DNA of 64,000 nucleotides from a virus: IMG/VR virus record IMGVR_UViG_3300045988_169645; one strand, 5' to 3'. Shown piece by piece: positions 8,826 to 19,086 of this stretch (position 1 is its first letter; each line of letters starts with the position of its first letter). The notes under the pieces were generated by a model. It saw only the letters and a program-made list of their open reading frames with translations, ran no database searches and was not told where the DNA came from. The position numbers and the translations under genes were made by a program.

Positions 8826-11800
8826 CTATACTAACAACTCACCAATGGTTTTAACATCAACTGCTGCTACATCTCGTCTAGCTTGAGATAACATAGACGC
8901 TGACTCATTTCCAACACTTCCTACCCCGTACACTAATTGCTCTCCTCGTGTAACCATTGTATAAATCATCTGTCTTGTAACAAAGCCTTTGAAGTTTACT
9001 ATCCCAAGTACAAAGATAATTACCTTAGCCTGACTACCTTGCAATTTATGTGTAGTGCCTGCATAGAATAAATTCAACTTATTTAAGTCCTCACCTACAA
9101 GCACTATACCAACTTCATTACTCTGTACTCTTGGATTAAATGTTGCTCGATATAAAATGTAATAGTTTCTCGATGACATATAATCAAAATACTCAACTAC
9201 TACAAAATATGCATCATCTCCATGCCAAGTATTATCATCTCTGAGGTTTCCATATTCAAAATCAGCTGGTTTATCCTCTACTTCATCAATAATCATACAA
9301 TCATCAGCTTTTAAGATGTCAACAATTTTACCAACATCTCCATTACAAATACCTGAGCCATAAATCTTCTGTAACTCACCATATTTGTAAGAACTATACC
9401 ACTGCATAGCATACATATTAGCATCTGTATGGATAACTCTATCGCCTACAGTAAACTTATGACCTGGAATATTTGAAGTTACCTGATTTAAAAACTTCTT
9501 ATGTATATTACATTCTGGATTGAATAGTGGCTGAAGAACTTCATTCAGCTTAGTGCTACCCCAAGTGTAGTTTGCCTTCTGGAGTGGTGTTACAACCTGT
9601 ATATCATCTGGAGTTAGCTCACTTACTTCTGGTAATTCTTCAACACCTAAATACTGCTTAATGTAGTCTACATTAACTGGTTTTCCAAGATAATATGCAC
9701 ATAAGTTATAAGTAACTCGCTGAATATCCTGTTCTTTACAAGGTAGTAAGAAGAAATCATCTCCACTTTCAAGCTGATGCCAATCTCCTGCGTCACTGAA
9801 CTCGTTAATGTAATTACTATTTGCAGTAATGTTTGAACCGTCTACAGCTCTTTTTGATACATTAAGAAATACACAAGGTAAAACTCGTAATAAATTCTTG
9901 AATGGTAATCCTTTACCTATAGGCGGTAACTGACAGAAATCACCAAATAAGAAAAATCTCATATATGAAGCATCAAAATGCTTTAATGCTTTATAAAGAG
10001 TATCAATAGTAATCATACCGCCTTCGTCACAAAAATAAGCTAACCTTGATTTAGTTTTTTTATTATCTTCTAATGAAAAGATACTCTCATCTTTCATACC
10101 TAACTTAAACTCGCTATGAATCGTCTTAACAGGTTGTTTGACAACTTCCTGCATACGTTTTGCTGCTTTACCTGTAGGTGCTATAAACTTAATCTCTAAT
10201 GTAGGTTCTAATTTCTTTAATACATAAACTACACAATTTGAAACTGTAGTTTTACCTGAACCTGCACCTCCTGCTACAATAAATGCACCATTTACGAGCA
10301 AATGAACTGCCATACGCTGTCTTTCATCAAGAGTAAAGCCTACAGTGCCTTCATATTCCTTAATATATTCATTGATTTCCTCGTGAGAATAATCAAATGT
10401 TCGACTACCCATCTCATACATAGTTTCAAAAACAAATAATTCTTCTTTAAGTAACTTTGAAGATGTAATGTAATTATCGAGAACTACCCCTAAACCTGTT
10501 TCACTATACTGGTCTATTGCAAGTAACAAGTCTTGTAAAGACATAATCTTAACATAGTTGTAGCCAACTTTCTTAAACTCATACTTATCATAACCTAAAG
10601 TATCGTGGCTAATATCTTTAATGAAGCAATTTATATTACTTAAAAGACTCTGAGTTAAATAAGTTCCTCTAGTTACGATATTATTGTACTTGCTCTGAGT
10701 TAAAGTCAAACCTATATTAACCTTTGAAAGCATATCTTTCGTAAATACTGTACTACCATCTTGTGTATCTTCAATGTAAGAATTCAGCATTGCTATATTT
10801 TTATACTTAACCAATTTCTGATTGCTATGCTGATTAAAACACAAAGCTATCTTTTCAATATCATTGAAGCTAAGACTGGATACAAACTGTAAAATATATG
10901 GGTTTTCATTTAATACTTTAATCAAACTAATGTTAGCTTTATGACAAGTTTCCCAAATGGACTGAATTGTTTCAAAAGAGATGCCTACTACAATACCAAC
11001 AATTTCTGAATAAAAGAAATCTGTATTTCCAAAAGCAGAAGTACATAACTCCCAAGCTACCCCATCGGCTGTTATAACTGTTTGATGGTCTAAAATATAC
11101 TGCTTAACCTCATCCCAAATACTGATAAGATATTCGCTTGCAGTTTGATTACCTACATACTTCTTATCGGCATCTGCAAAGTTATTCAAATACTTTCTTA
11201 ATAATACTCTACCTGTCATAGCCTGTGGCTCTGACTTATTCTTTAAATACCTTGAAACTCCATCAAGCATATATCTCAAGTAGTAATCATCATTCTGACT
11301 AGATGAGTACTCAAATTTTAAGTCATTAATAAAGCTTTGTCTTGAGGTCTTGGATTTATTCAAAGTATCTTTAAATTTATCAACATAACTATTATACTCT
11401 TTAATAGACTGTCTATTTTCTTGTTTGAAAGTCTGTTTTACAATAGTGGTATTAGGCATTAAAGTTTCATTATTAACTGGAGTTCCAGTAGTCTGCTGTA
11501 CTAGTTGATAAGCCTGTTGTAGTACTGATGTAACTCTTGGTAAGGCTAATACCTCTTTAGGGTGCACAACTTTATCTACTCTGCCTGACTCTGTCATCCA
11601 AGCATAACAACTGCCTTGTCTATCCCAATCTGATATATCAAGGTCATCAACTGTAGTTGTATCTAAATACCAAGTATTTCCTTGTTTTCTGAAATTGAAC
11701 ATACAAGTATATGGGTCATTAACATTCCTGCTACCTAAACGTAAAGTACCAACAACTGTGAACCAGTCTACCCCTAATGAAGTTGAATTTTCCACAAATG

Positions 11801-12086
11801 TAACTACATTTCCGTTTACCATATAAATACCATCTTTATTATAGTAACCATTACTTCTCAAGTACGCTTCATAATATTTCAAATTTACTGCAAATAACTC
11901 CATTTCAACAAAGATACCATTAGGACTTTCAACAAGCGAATCCTGTAAATTTGTTGGTCTAGCAACTTTCCGTAATATTCTGCCATAAAGACCTACTCGC
12001 TGTAAACCTTTTCCACAATATGCTCGCAACAATGCTAACAAATCAATAAACTCGATTGTATTTTGCATAATAATCCTCCAATTCAA
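8826..12086 (-). CDS. large SF1B (RecD/Dda-like) DNA helicase with about 550-aa N-terminal domain of unknown function
   Basis: Walker A AGGAGSGKTT. Motif GDFCQLPPI (GDxxQLPPV-type). Motif V/VI THKLQGSQAKVIIFVL ... VTRGEQ. Confidence 0.75.
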   Translation of the reverse strand: MNWRIIMQNTIEFIDLLALLRAYCGKGLQRVGLYGRILRKVARPTNLQDSLVESPNGIFVEMELFAVNLKYYEAYLRSNGYYNKDGIYMVNGNVVTFVENSTSLGVDWFTVVGTLRLGSRNVNDPYTCMFNFRKQGNTWYLDTTTVDDLDISDWDRQGSCYAWMTESGRVDKVVHPKEVLALPRVTSVLQQAYQLVQQTTGTPVNNETLMPNTTIVKQTFKQENRQSIKEYNSYVDKFKDTLNKSKTSRQSFINDLKFEYSSSQNDDYYLRYMLDGVSRYLKNKSEPQAMTGRVLLRKYLNNFADADKKYVGNQTASEYLISIWDEVKQYILDHQTVITADGVAWELCTSAFGNTDFFYSEIVGIVVGISFETIQSIWETCHKANISLIKVLNENPYILQFVSSLSFNDIEKIALCFNQHSNQKLVKYKNIAMLNSYIEDTQDGSTVFTKDMLSKVNIGLTLTQSKYNNIVTRGTYLTQSLLSNINCFIKDISHDTLGYDKYEFKKVGYNYVKIMSLQDLLLAIDQYSETGLGVVLDNYITSSKLLKEELFVFETMYEMGSRTFDYSHEEINEYIKEYEGTVGFTLDERQRMAVHLLVNGAFIVAGGAGSGKTTVSNCVVYVLKKLEPTLEIKFIAPTGKAAKRMQEVVKQPVKTIHSEFKLGMKDESIFSLEDNKKTKSRLAYFCDEGGMITIDTLYKALKHFDASYMRFFLFGDFCQLPPIGKGLPFKNLLRVLPCVFLNVSKRAVDGSNITANSNYINEFSDAGDWHQLESGDDFFLLPCKEQDIQRVTYNLCAYYLGKPVNVDYIKQYLGVEELPEVSELTPDDIQVVTPLQKANYTWGSTKLNEVLQPLFNPECNIHKKFLNQVTSNIPGHKFTVGDRVIHTDANMYAMQWYSSYKYGELQKIYGSGICNGDVGKIVDILKADDCMIIDEVEDKPADFEYGNLRDDNTWHGDDAYFVVVEYFDYMSSRNYYILYRATFNPRVQSNEVGIVLVGEDLNKLNLFYAGTTHKLQGSQAKVIIFVLGIVNFKGFVTRQMIYTMVTRGEQLVYGVGSVGNESASMLSQARRDVAAVDVKTIGELLV

Positions 12087-12172
12087 AGAAACCTTTCAAA
12101 ATTAAACTATAATTATATACAAGAACTCATTGTATATTTTAATATAGTCTAAAATCAAAAGGTTTCAAAATA

Positions 12173-13576
12173 TTATCCTAAATGTCTTAATACAAAGTTT
12201 ACAAAATTAGCAACTATTTTATAGAATGTTCCAGTTATTAACAATGTGCCAAAAATCAAACCTGTCAAACATATGAAAATCATATCCTTATGGCTAACTG
12301 TCATGCGGTCTTGCTTCTTACCTAAACTAAAGTTAGCCTCTTTCTCGTCTACTGCAACGTGTAATTTACCAAATGTTAAAATACTTAATACATCTAGGTC
12401 GATTATACTGTTTAATTTATCAAACCAGTAAGCTAAGTACAAAAGGAATATGTATATAGTGAATATAATGCCTATCCACATAACAATAATCCTCATCCAA
12501 GCAATCAAACCATACTCCTTCTTACTATTATTGACATTATTTTCCCAAGAAGATAGATTTTCAAGGTCATTCTGACTAAGATTATCTCTTGTAGCCTTAT
12601 CCAAATATTCTGCTTGAATATTTTCTTCTGATAACTTAGCATAAGCAGATATATCCATTTCACTATAAAAACCACCTGCATAACCAGTTGCTGTATTAGC
12701 CTGTGACTGAGAAGCACCTCCATTATAGTTTCCACCAGATGAGGTAGACGAGCTAACAGCTTCTTTAGCTACCCCTTCATTTAAGGTCGGTGAAGCATTA
12801 TCTGCTACATTTAAATTATACATTCTAACATAAGATGGACTACCTGTAGAGCCTGCAAGTTCTGCTGGAGTTTTATGCTCTGCACTTGATGTACAGAACC
12901 ACTCAAAGACCTCACCATTTACTGCTTGAAACAAATTCTGATAAATATCATACTTCAAATCTGAAAAATAATAGTAATGCTCATAGCCGTCATTAGGGTT
13001 ATAAGTACCGTCATGGCTACTACCTACTCCTCCATTTGTATGACCTTCTGCTTTAGCATCTCCTACTATTGCTCTTAAGTATTTACCATCAGTAAAATAA
13101 ATCTCAATAACTTGCCCTGTACCTGCTCCCCACTGAATACCTGTTGAGCTATTATAAAAATATTTGGCTATAGCTAGTATATAATACTGAGTTCCATTCT
13201 CATCAGTAGCAATACAATAATTATCACTATTATCTGAAAATGTTAAATGTGAACTCTCTCTTACATTACTTCTTAAAGGTGTATTTGTATGGTCACTCTC
13301 TCTAGACCATAAATCACAAACTACTTTACCTTTTGTACTGTCTGCCATATGTGTATTACCCTCTTTAGAGCCAGTAGCATATCCTCCGATATCCTCAGCA
13401 GTTAAAGTATAAGGTAAGGCTACATCATAATACTGTGCCTCCTTAAAACTACTTGGAAAGCCTGAATCACATATAGGATTATCTGTAGCTTTTCCATCAT
13501 TATCCTCTGCAAATAATGTCAAACTGGATAATAATATCAAACTTGACATCATTAAAACTTGCATAAACTTCTTCAT
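12173..13576 (-). CDS. secreted/membrane-anchored paralogue 3: signal peptide + unknown about 300-aa head + conserved C-terminal 2-TM module
   Basis: Signal peptide MKKFMQVLMMSSLILLSSLTLFA. The C-terminal about 130 aa are near-identical to the two upstream genes (EYGLIAWMRIIVMW..GIIFTIYIFLLYLAYWFDKL...FICLTGLIFGTLLITGTFYK). Confidence 0.6.
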   Translation of the reverse strand: MKKFMQVLMMSSLILLSSLTLFAEDNDGKATDNPICDSGFPSSFKEAQYYDVALPYTLTAEDIGGYATGSKEGNTHMADSTKGKVVCDLWSRESDHTNTPLRSNVRESSHLTFSDNSDNYCIATDENGTQYYILAIAKYFYNSSTGIQWGAGTGQVIEIYFTDGKYLRAIVGDAKAEGHTNGGVGSSHDGTYNPNDGYEHYYYFSDLKYDIYQNLFQAVNGEVFEWFCTSSAEHKTPAELAGSTGSPSYVRMYNLNVADNASPTLNEGVAKEAVSSSTSSGGNYNGGASQSQANTATGYAGGFYSEMDISAYAKLSEENIQAEYLDKATRDNLSQNDLENLSSWENNVNNSKKEYGLIAWMRIIVMWIGIIFTIYIFLLYLAYWFDKLNSIIDLDVLSILTFGKLHVAVDEKEANFSLGKKQDRMTVSHKDMIFICLTGLIFGTLLITGTFYKIVANFVNFVLRHLG

Positions 13577-13579
13577 TAG

Positions 13580-14905
13580 CTACCCCAATTTTCTTAAAAT
13601 GAAATTTACAAATCCTGCAACTAGCTTATAAAATGTACCTGTAATAAGCAGAGTACCAAATATAAGTCCAGTTATACAAATAAACAACATATCTTTATGA
13701 TTTACAGTCATTCTATCCTGCTTTTTACCTAGACTAAAATTAGCTTCTTTATCATCTATCGCTACATGAAGTCTACCAAATGTTAATATTGATAAAACAT
13801 CTAAATCTATAATACTATTCAACTTATCAAACCAATAAGCTAGATATAATAAAAATATGTATATTGTAAAGATAATTCCAACCCACATTACAATTATACG
13901 CATCCAAGCTATAAAGCCATATTCCCTATTAGAGTTTTTAACATTATCTTCCCAAGATGATAAATTCTCTAATTCATTCTGACTTAAACTGCTTCTATCT
14001 TTTGGTAACATTGCAGACACATCAACTTCTTGTAATTTTACATAAGCACTTAAGTCGCTTTCAGAATAAAATGTACCTGCATTTAAACCCATATTAGTAA
14101 CATTAGTTGTATCTTGTTTTGTAATTTGAGCATTTCCTCCTGAAGATAGTTTATTAGGTGCAGTTTTATCATTCTTAAAAGTTACAATATAAACTAAATT
14201 ATATTTATTTCCCTCTTCTCTATCATGTAATTCATTATAGCTTACAATACTACCTGAAGCAGGATCATTTAAATAAATAGTTGAGTCATCTAGACCAGCT
14301 AACATTGTGGCATGATTAGCCCAAAATCCATCTCTACCATTATTATGTTGTACATTACCTATATATTCAACACAAAATACAACAAAATAACCTGCATTCC
14401 AAAAACCCTTTATTGCAGATAATTGTTCATCAACCTTCATATCTTTAAAATTTTTATTACCTACCCCAGTTACTACAGTTACTCCACTGTAATCTCCTGT
14501 ATCAGCATTATTCTCTTCCGTAGCTATATCAGTACTTCAAGTAGCGTTTGTAACTTCTCCTGCACCTGAAGTAAAATTACCTAATATCCAACCATCTCCA
14601 GTATGAAATGTACAAGCATTATCAAAACTGGTATAAGTGTCAGTTGTACTCGTTATATCTCCATCAAGTTTATACTCGTCTTTTATAGTCCCACTATTCT
14701 GACAAAGCAACTCAAGTGAAACAACAGTACAACCTGAACCTCGCCCTACCCCTTTTTGATTTATTCTAACTGTACACCAATCCGCTACACTACTATCGGC
14801 ATATGCTGTCAGATTACTACCACATAATAAAACTGTTAGAAATAGTAATAAAAGCCCTTTTAATCTCTTACATTTAACATTCATCTGTCCTCCTAACCAA
14901 TCCAT
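13580..14905 (-). pseudogene. paralogue 2: signal peptide + papain/C39-like cysteine peptidase head + conserved C-terminal 2-TM module, interrupted by an in-frame TGA at 14537-14539
   Basis: ORFs 14537..14905 and 13580..14440 are in the same frame, separated only by one TGA. Upstream half has GSGCTVVSLELL (catalytic Cys candidate). Downstream half has WANHATMLAGLDDSTIYLNDP (H...D...NDP, C39-like). TGA is a normal stop elsewhere in the window. Confidence 0.5.
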
Positions 14906-16128
14906 CTAAGAATTGTATTTACAAAATTCGCTACAATTTTATAGAATGTACCAGTTATGAGTAAAGTTCCAAAAATAAGACCTGTTAAACATATAAATAC
15001 CATATCTTTATGGTTAACTGTCATTCTATCTTGTTTTTTAGCTAAACTAAAATTCGCCTCCTTATCATCCATAGCAACGTGCAATCTTCCAAAAGTCATA
15101 ATCGAAAGTACGTCTAAATCAATAATACTATTAAGCTTATCAAACCAATATGCGAGATATAACAAGAAGATATAAATAGTAAATATGATACCTACCCACA
15201 TTACTATGATTCTCATCCAAGCGATTAGTCCATATTCTTTCTTGGAATTTTTAACATTATCCTCCCAAGATGAGAGATTTTCCAAATCATACTGACTTAA
15301 ATTATCTCTAGTTGCATTATCTAAATATTCCTTCTGAATATTATCCTCTGCAAGCTTAACAAAAGCACTTAACTGCTCCTCAGTATAATAAGCACCACCT
15401 GTAACAGACTGAATTGTTGTAGGTGTATCTGCATTTCCATTTTCATCTACATTACCATTTTCTGTTGTTGTAGGTGCAACTTTACCACTAAATGCATTAT
15501 ATGCTACAGTTGTATTAGGTGTACGCTTTTGTAAATCTTGTAAACAAACCTCGCCATACTTTGTTGGAAAAGTATATGTGGCACAACGGGAACTCGTATC
15601 ATGAAAGCTATCATAGATAGAACCTACCCCATTTGTTATTCCACTATAACAGACGCAACCTTCCATACCTAAAGCAAAATATGCTGCTGCTGACTTTGCA
15701 TCCTTAATATTAGTTGTATCTTTCTCACATTCTTCTGGTGACATACCTGTCAATCCTTTACAAGTAGCACCTCTATATTCAGCCATAAACCAATCATATT
15801 GTGCTGTAATATCAGTAGTTTCTCTACCATTATTACTACACCAAGACTGAAAAGTACCTTTACTGTCTGAAGAAAATTGAAAAGCACCCCAATATCCACT
15901 ACCATCAATATCTGAATTACACCCATGCTCTGCATAAGAATTACCAACTGCTGCTGAAGCCCACCAATCTGTTCCACCTCTACCAAGAATATGAGCATAC
16001 AATTTCTTAGCATTTTCATTATCCTCTATACCATCAGCATGAACACTTAAAGGTTGTATAAATAATAAACTACTACAAAAAAGACAAATAATCAATACTA
16101 AAGCTGTAACCCTATTTAACTTACTCAT
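14893..16128 (-). CDS. paralogue 1: signal peptide + lysozyme/transglycosylase-like head + conserved C-terminal 2-TM module
   Basis: Likely start at MSKLNRVTALVLIICLF (ATG 16126-16128, ribosome-binding site AGGAAA). Head contains AEHGCNSD...GYWGAFQFSS, reminiscent of the phage tail-lysozyme / SLT E...G(L/A)(M/F)Q motif. Shares the C-terminal module. Confidence 0.55.
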   Translation of the reverse strand: MSKLNRVTALVLIICLFCSSLLFIQPLSVHADGIEDNENAKKLYAHILGRGGTDWWASAAVGNSYAEHGCNSDIDGSGYWGAFQFSSDSKGTFQSWCSNNGRETTDITAQYDWFMAEYRGATCKGLTGMSPEECEKDTTNIKDAKSAAAYFALGMEGCVCYSGITNGVGSIYDSFHDTSSRCATYTFPTKYGEVCLQDLQKRTPNTTVAYNAFSGKVAPTTTENGNVDENGNADTPTTIQSVTGGAYYTEEQLSAFVKLAEDNIQKEYLDNATRDNLSQYDLENLSSWEDNVKNSKKEYGLIAWMRIIVMWVGIIFTIYIFLLYLAYWFDKLNSIIDLDVLSIMTFGRLHVAMDDKEANFSLAKKQDRMTVNHKDMVFICLTGLIFGTLLITGTFYKIVANFVNTILRWIG

Positions 16129-16146
16129 ACCAATAATTTCCTTTCT

Positions 16147-16178
16147 AAATAAAAAAGGGAACACCTTTCGGTATTCCC
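16147..16178 (-). terminator. Rho-independent terminator (minus strand)
   Basis: Hairpin GGGAACACC-TTTC-GGTATTCCC (9 bp, one mismatch) followed on the minus strand by TTTTTTATTT. Confidence 0.55.
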
Positions 16179-16194
16179 TAGCCTACTAACTAAA

Positions 16195-17037
16195 CTACTT
16201 AAAAGTAGCATACTGTACAACAATAACTCTTTGACCTTTAACAGTTTCAACTTTAACATTATGTCTAAACACTAAAGCCGAGAAGATATCACCATCCTCA
16301 AAATCACTAGGGCTTAATGTATTAGAAATATCTTCAAATACAACCAAAGTATCTTTCAAACCGAAAGCACTATACCAATCATAAGAACAAAGTAAAGCAG
16401 TATGAGTATCACTTAAACTTCCGATAACGTGTAAATTTGTAAACTTAATACAATCATTATCAGCTAAGCTATCAAGATTATCAATCAGCCAACCTGTACT
16501 CTGTAAATCGCCATTAATTGTATCATCTTTATTCTGTGTGACACCTACCATATAAAACTCACCAGCTTTGAAATCATCATCTGTGAGAGAACTACCCCAG
16601 AATGTACCAAAATCTGCAAGTTTTACACTACTCTGATAAGCCTTACAACTACTACCATCCATATTCTTCTGAGGAACTACTGTATGGTCGTAAATTGTAA
16701 CCACTGGTGTGTAAGTTGGGTCTGTCTGTACTGGTTCAGTAGGTTCTGGTGGAGCTTCTGTTTCTACCTCATACTGAATACGTTCATCCTTGTCCTTATC
16801 TGCATCAAGACCTAAACTATTCTTATAGGTATTTTCTGGCTCTTTCTTAACTTCTTCATCCTGCTTGATTTGAGAAGATTGAGCCACCTGAGTTGACTGT
16901 GTTACAGAATTATCAGCTTCTGTATTAGCCTTCTTCTTTAAGTTATGACTTCTGATAGAAAACATAACAATAATAAGAACTAAAACAACAGCTAGAACAA
17001 TGCACAACTTCTTATGGTCTTCAAAAAAATCACGCAT
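16195..17037 (-). CDS. N-terminally membrane-anchored hypothetical protein
   Basis: TM helix LCIVLAVVLVLIIVMFSI, then a Pro/Glu/Thr-rich linker and a 150-aa domain. Confidence 0.5.
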   Translation of the reverse strand: MRDFFEDHKKLCIVLAVVLVLIIVMFSIRSHNLKKKANTEADNSVTQSTQVAQSSQIKQDEEVKKEPENTYKNSLGLDADKDKDERIQYEVETEAPPEPTEPVQTDPTYTPVVTIYDHTVVPQKNMDGSSCKAYQSSVKLADFGTFWGSSLTDDDFKAGEFYMVGVTQNKDDTINGDLQSTGWLIDNLDSLADNDCIKFTNLHVIGSLSDTHTALLCSYDWYSAFGLKDTLVVFEDISNTLSPSDFEDGDIFSALVFRHNVKVETVKGQRVIVVQYATFK

Positions 17038-17061
17038 AATAACTATTCTCCTTTAATATGT

Positions 17062-18012
17062 TTAAATTGTTAAATAACTTCCGTCTACTTTAATTCGAGA
17101 ACCAGCTACATTATTTACACCCTCCATACACTGAGCTAATAATGTTAATGAAGCATCATATTCATCTGCCTTATGAATAATAAATGCTGCGATAGTTCTG
17201 CAAGGCTCTCCGAACTCTCCATGATGCTGAAGTAAAATACTTGTAAGATTATAATACCACATTTCATCATAAGCTTCAATAATTGACTGCTTAAATGGTG
17301 CGATAAATTCCATACCAAGATATGTATGTGTAACAATAGAAACTGGCTGGTAAACACCAAACTGCATTTCAACTGTCTTACCAATATCGTGAAGTAAAGC
17401 ACCAATCATAAGTAAATCGATGAAATCCTGATTAGCTACCCCATCTCGCTTACATAAATCTGGATACTGTGCAATAATATTAGCTGTATTAGATACAACC
17501 TTATATGTATGTGCAAGTAAACCACCTTTACAATTATCGTGGTAACTCATAGCTGCGAACTCTTTCTTAAATCTATCGGCTACCTCAGCATTTTCAAAAA
17601 GCACTTCATTACAAATTTTAAGACCTTTCTCAGATACTTTCTTTAAGATATTAGTCTTTAAAGCCTCCCAATAAGCATCGATATTGTATCTAATTGGGAA
17701 AAACTGGTCTGGTGTGTAACCATCAACAGCCTGAATAGAATCGATAATCAAACTATTCGTTCCACCAAAACCATCTACTGTTGCAACAATATAAGATGGT
17801 ACGTTCTGATACTCCTCATTCTTTAACTTCCCAAAAGCTGAAGAATTACCCCAAGCCTTGAAAGGTACTGTAATACCTGACTGAAGATTACCTGCAATGT
17901 ACTCCTTACCATTTTTTGTTAACTGTACATTGTAACTTGTAACTAAAAGTATTCCACTAATCTGCTGATTCGGCTGAATCGTCTGTAATGTTTCCTGTGT
18001 TATCACATTCAT
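17062..18012 (-). CDS. HD-domain phosphohydrolase
   Basis: HTYKV...LLHDIGKTV...HTYLG...LLQHHGEFGEP...IHKADEYDAS is an HD superfamily metal-binding pattern without the GYP signature. Probable start is MNVITQ, with a GGAGG ribosome-binding site. Confidence 0.65.
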   Translation of the reverse strand: MNVITQETLQTIQPNQQISGILLVTSYNVQLTKNGKEYIAGNLQSGITVPFKAWGNSSAFGKLKNEEYQNVPSYIVATVDGFGGTNSLIIDSIQAVDGYTPDQFFPIRYNIDAYWEALKTNILKKVSEKGLKICNEVLFENAEVADRFKKEFAAMSYHDNCKGGLLAHTYKVVSNTANIIAQYPDLCKRDGVANQDFIDLLMIGALLHDIGKTVEMQFGVYQPVSIVTHTYLGMEFIAPFKQSIIEAYDEMWYYNLTSILLQHHGEFGEPCRTIAAFIIHKADEYDASLTLLAQCMEGVNNVAGSRIKVDGSYLTI

Positions 18013-18568
18013 CTGAATTTCCTCCATTATTCTCATCATTTACAAAGTCAATAAAATATTGTTTTTTGCCTTTTTCAATAATAAGACAGCTAAGATTACC
18101 ACTTTCACTTTCATACTTCTTCATGTACTTCATAAGACTCTTAGAGTAAGCACAATTCTCACAACAAGCACTTAATATTAACTCCTTATACTCATCAAAA
18201 GAACGATTTTGCTTTAATCTCTTATAACCGATACAGTAAAGTAACGAATACAACTTATTTTCGTCTAAAGCATAAGTCTTAGTAATAATCTTACACTCTG
18301 AATACTTCTTATAAAACTTAAATGCTTCCCATTTTTCAGGATTAAGTTTATAATAAGACATGAAATGAAACAGCAGACAAATTGCAACGATGACAAAACC
18401 ATAAGCACTATAACTGATGTTAGTATAATACATCAACAAAGTTAAAATAACAACTAAAATAATATCTAAAACATAAAGTATAGACGAATAAAGTCTATAC
18501 TTTTTACTATGCTCCTTAAGATGAACAACTGGGATACCCCACAAAGTTTGATTTTCCTTTAGTTTCAT
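17957..18568 (-). CDS. hypothetical membrane protein
   Basis: Two hydrophobic helices in the N-terminal half. Cys-rich segment CCENCAYS. Confidence 0.45.
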   Translation of the reverse strand: MKLKENQTLWGIPVVHLKEHSKKYRLYSSILYVLDIILVVILTLLMYYTNISYSAYGFVIVAICLLFHFMSYYKLNPEKWEAFKFYKKYSECKIITKTYALDENKLYSLLYCIGYKRLKQNRSFDEYKELILSACCENCAYSKSLMKYMKKYESESGNLSCLIIEKGKKQYFIDFVNDENNGGNSDECDNTGNITDDSAESAD

Positions 18569-18701
18569 ACTTAGCTAGACCTCTTTATTCACTTCTTCTT
18601 TTACCTCTTCCTGAGCAGATACACTCTGCTCAGACTCATTCTCCTGTTTATACTTCTTTCCTAAATATTCCATGCAAGCAATACCCATATTTTTCTACCT
18701 C

Positions 18702-19082
18702 CTATCCTGCTAATACATATAAATACATATCAGTTAACTTTGTATCCTTATCTAAGAATCCATCGACATCACAACCTTCGAAAAGTTTAAGGAAAGTTTT
18801 AACCTGACTAGGTTGAATGGCTCCTAGCTTAATAGTTTTATCATCCTTGTTAAAATAGATTTGAATTAAGGAATTCGCAATAGTCTCATCGTATACCTTC
18901 ATATTTGGAAACATTTGCTTTAGAGTTTCTATACTATGCATCTTAACAGGATTTTCATCAGATGCACAAATAATATAACAAGGAAAACTCATCTTAGTCG
19001 TTGTATAACGTCTAACACTACCTGTTAAACCTTTCTGCTCAAAATCTCGATTATCTTCATAAGTCTCATAACCTAAAGACAT
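18702..19082 (-). CDS. hypothetical protein
   Basis: Start taken at MSLGYETY, preceded by an AAGGAGG ribosome-binding site. The longer ORF-track start would overlap the upstream gene. Confidence 0.45.
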   Translation of the reverse strand: MSLGYETYEDNRDFEQKGLTGSVRRYTTTKMSFPCYIICASDENPVKMHSIETLKQMFPNMKVYDETIANSLIQIYFNKDDKTIKLGAIQPSQVKTFLKLFEGCDVDGFLDKDTKLTDMYLYVLAG

Positions 19083-19086
19083 ATAC

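Noticed and set aside
12505-12735. Short minus-strand ORFs nested in other frames (12505..12735, 15750..16019, 17145..17405, 20402..20686, 22379..22642, 22724..22945, 40802..40984)
   Set aside because: They are embedded in other frames of well-supported genes (hydrolase paralogues, HD gene, polymerase) and are therefore spurious.
14537-14539. Idea that the in-frame TGA reflects an alternative genetic code (TGA=Trp/Gly)
   Set aside because: TGA terminates other well-defined genes in the window (for example 3002), alongside TAA and TAG. It is better explained as a pseudogene, read-through or error.
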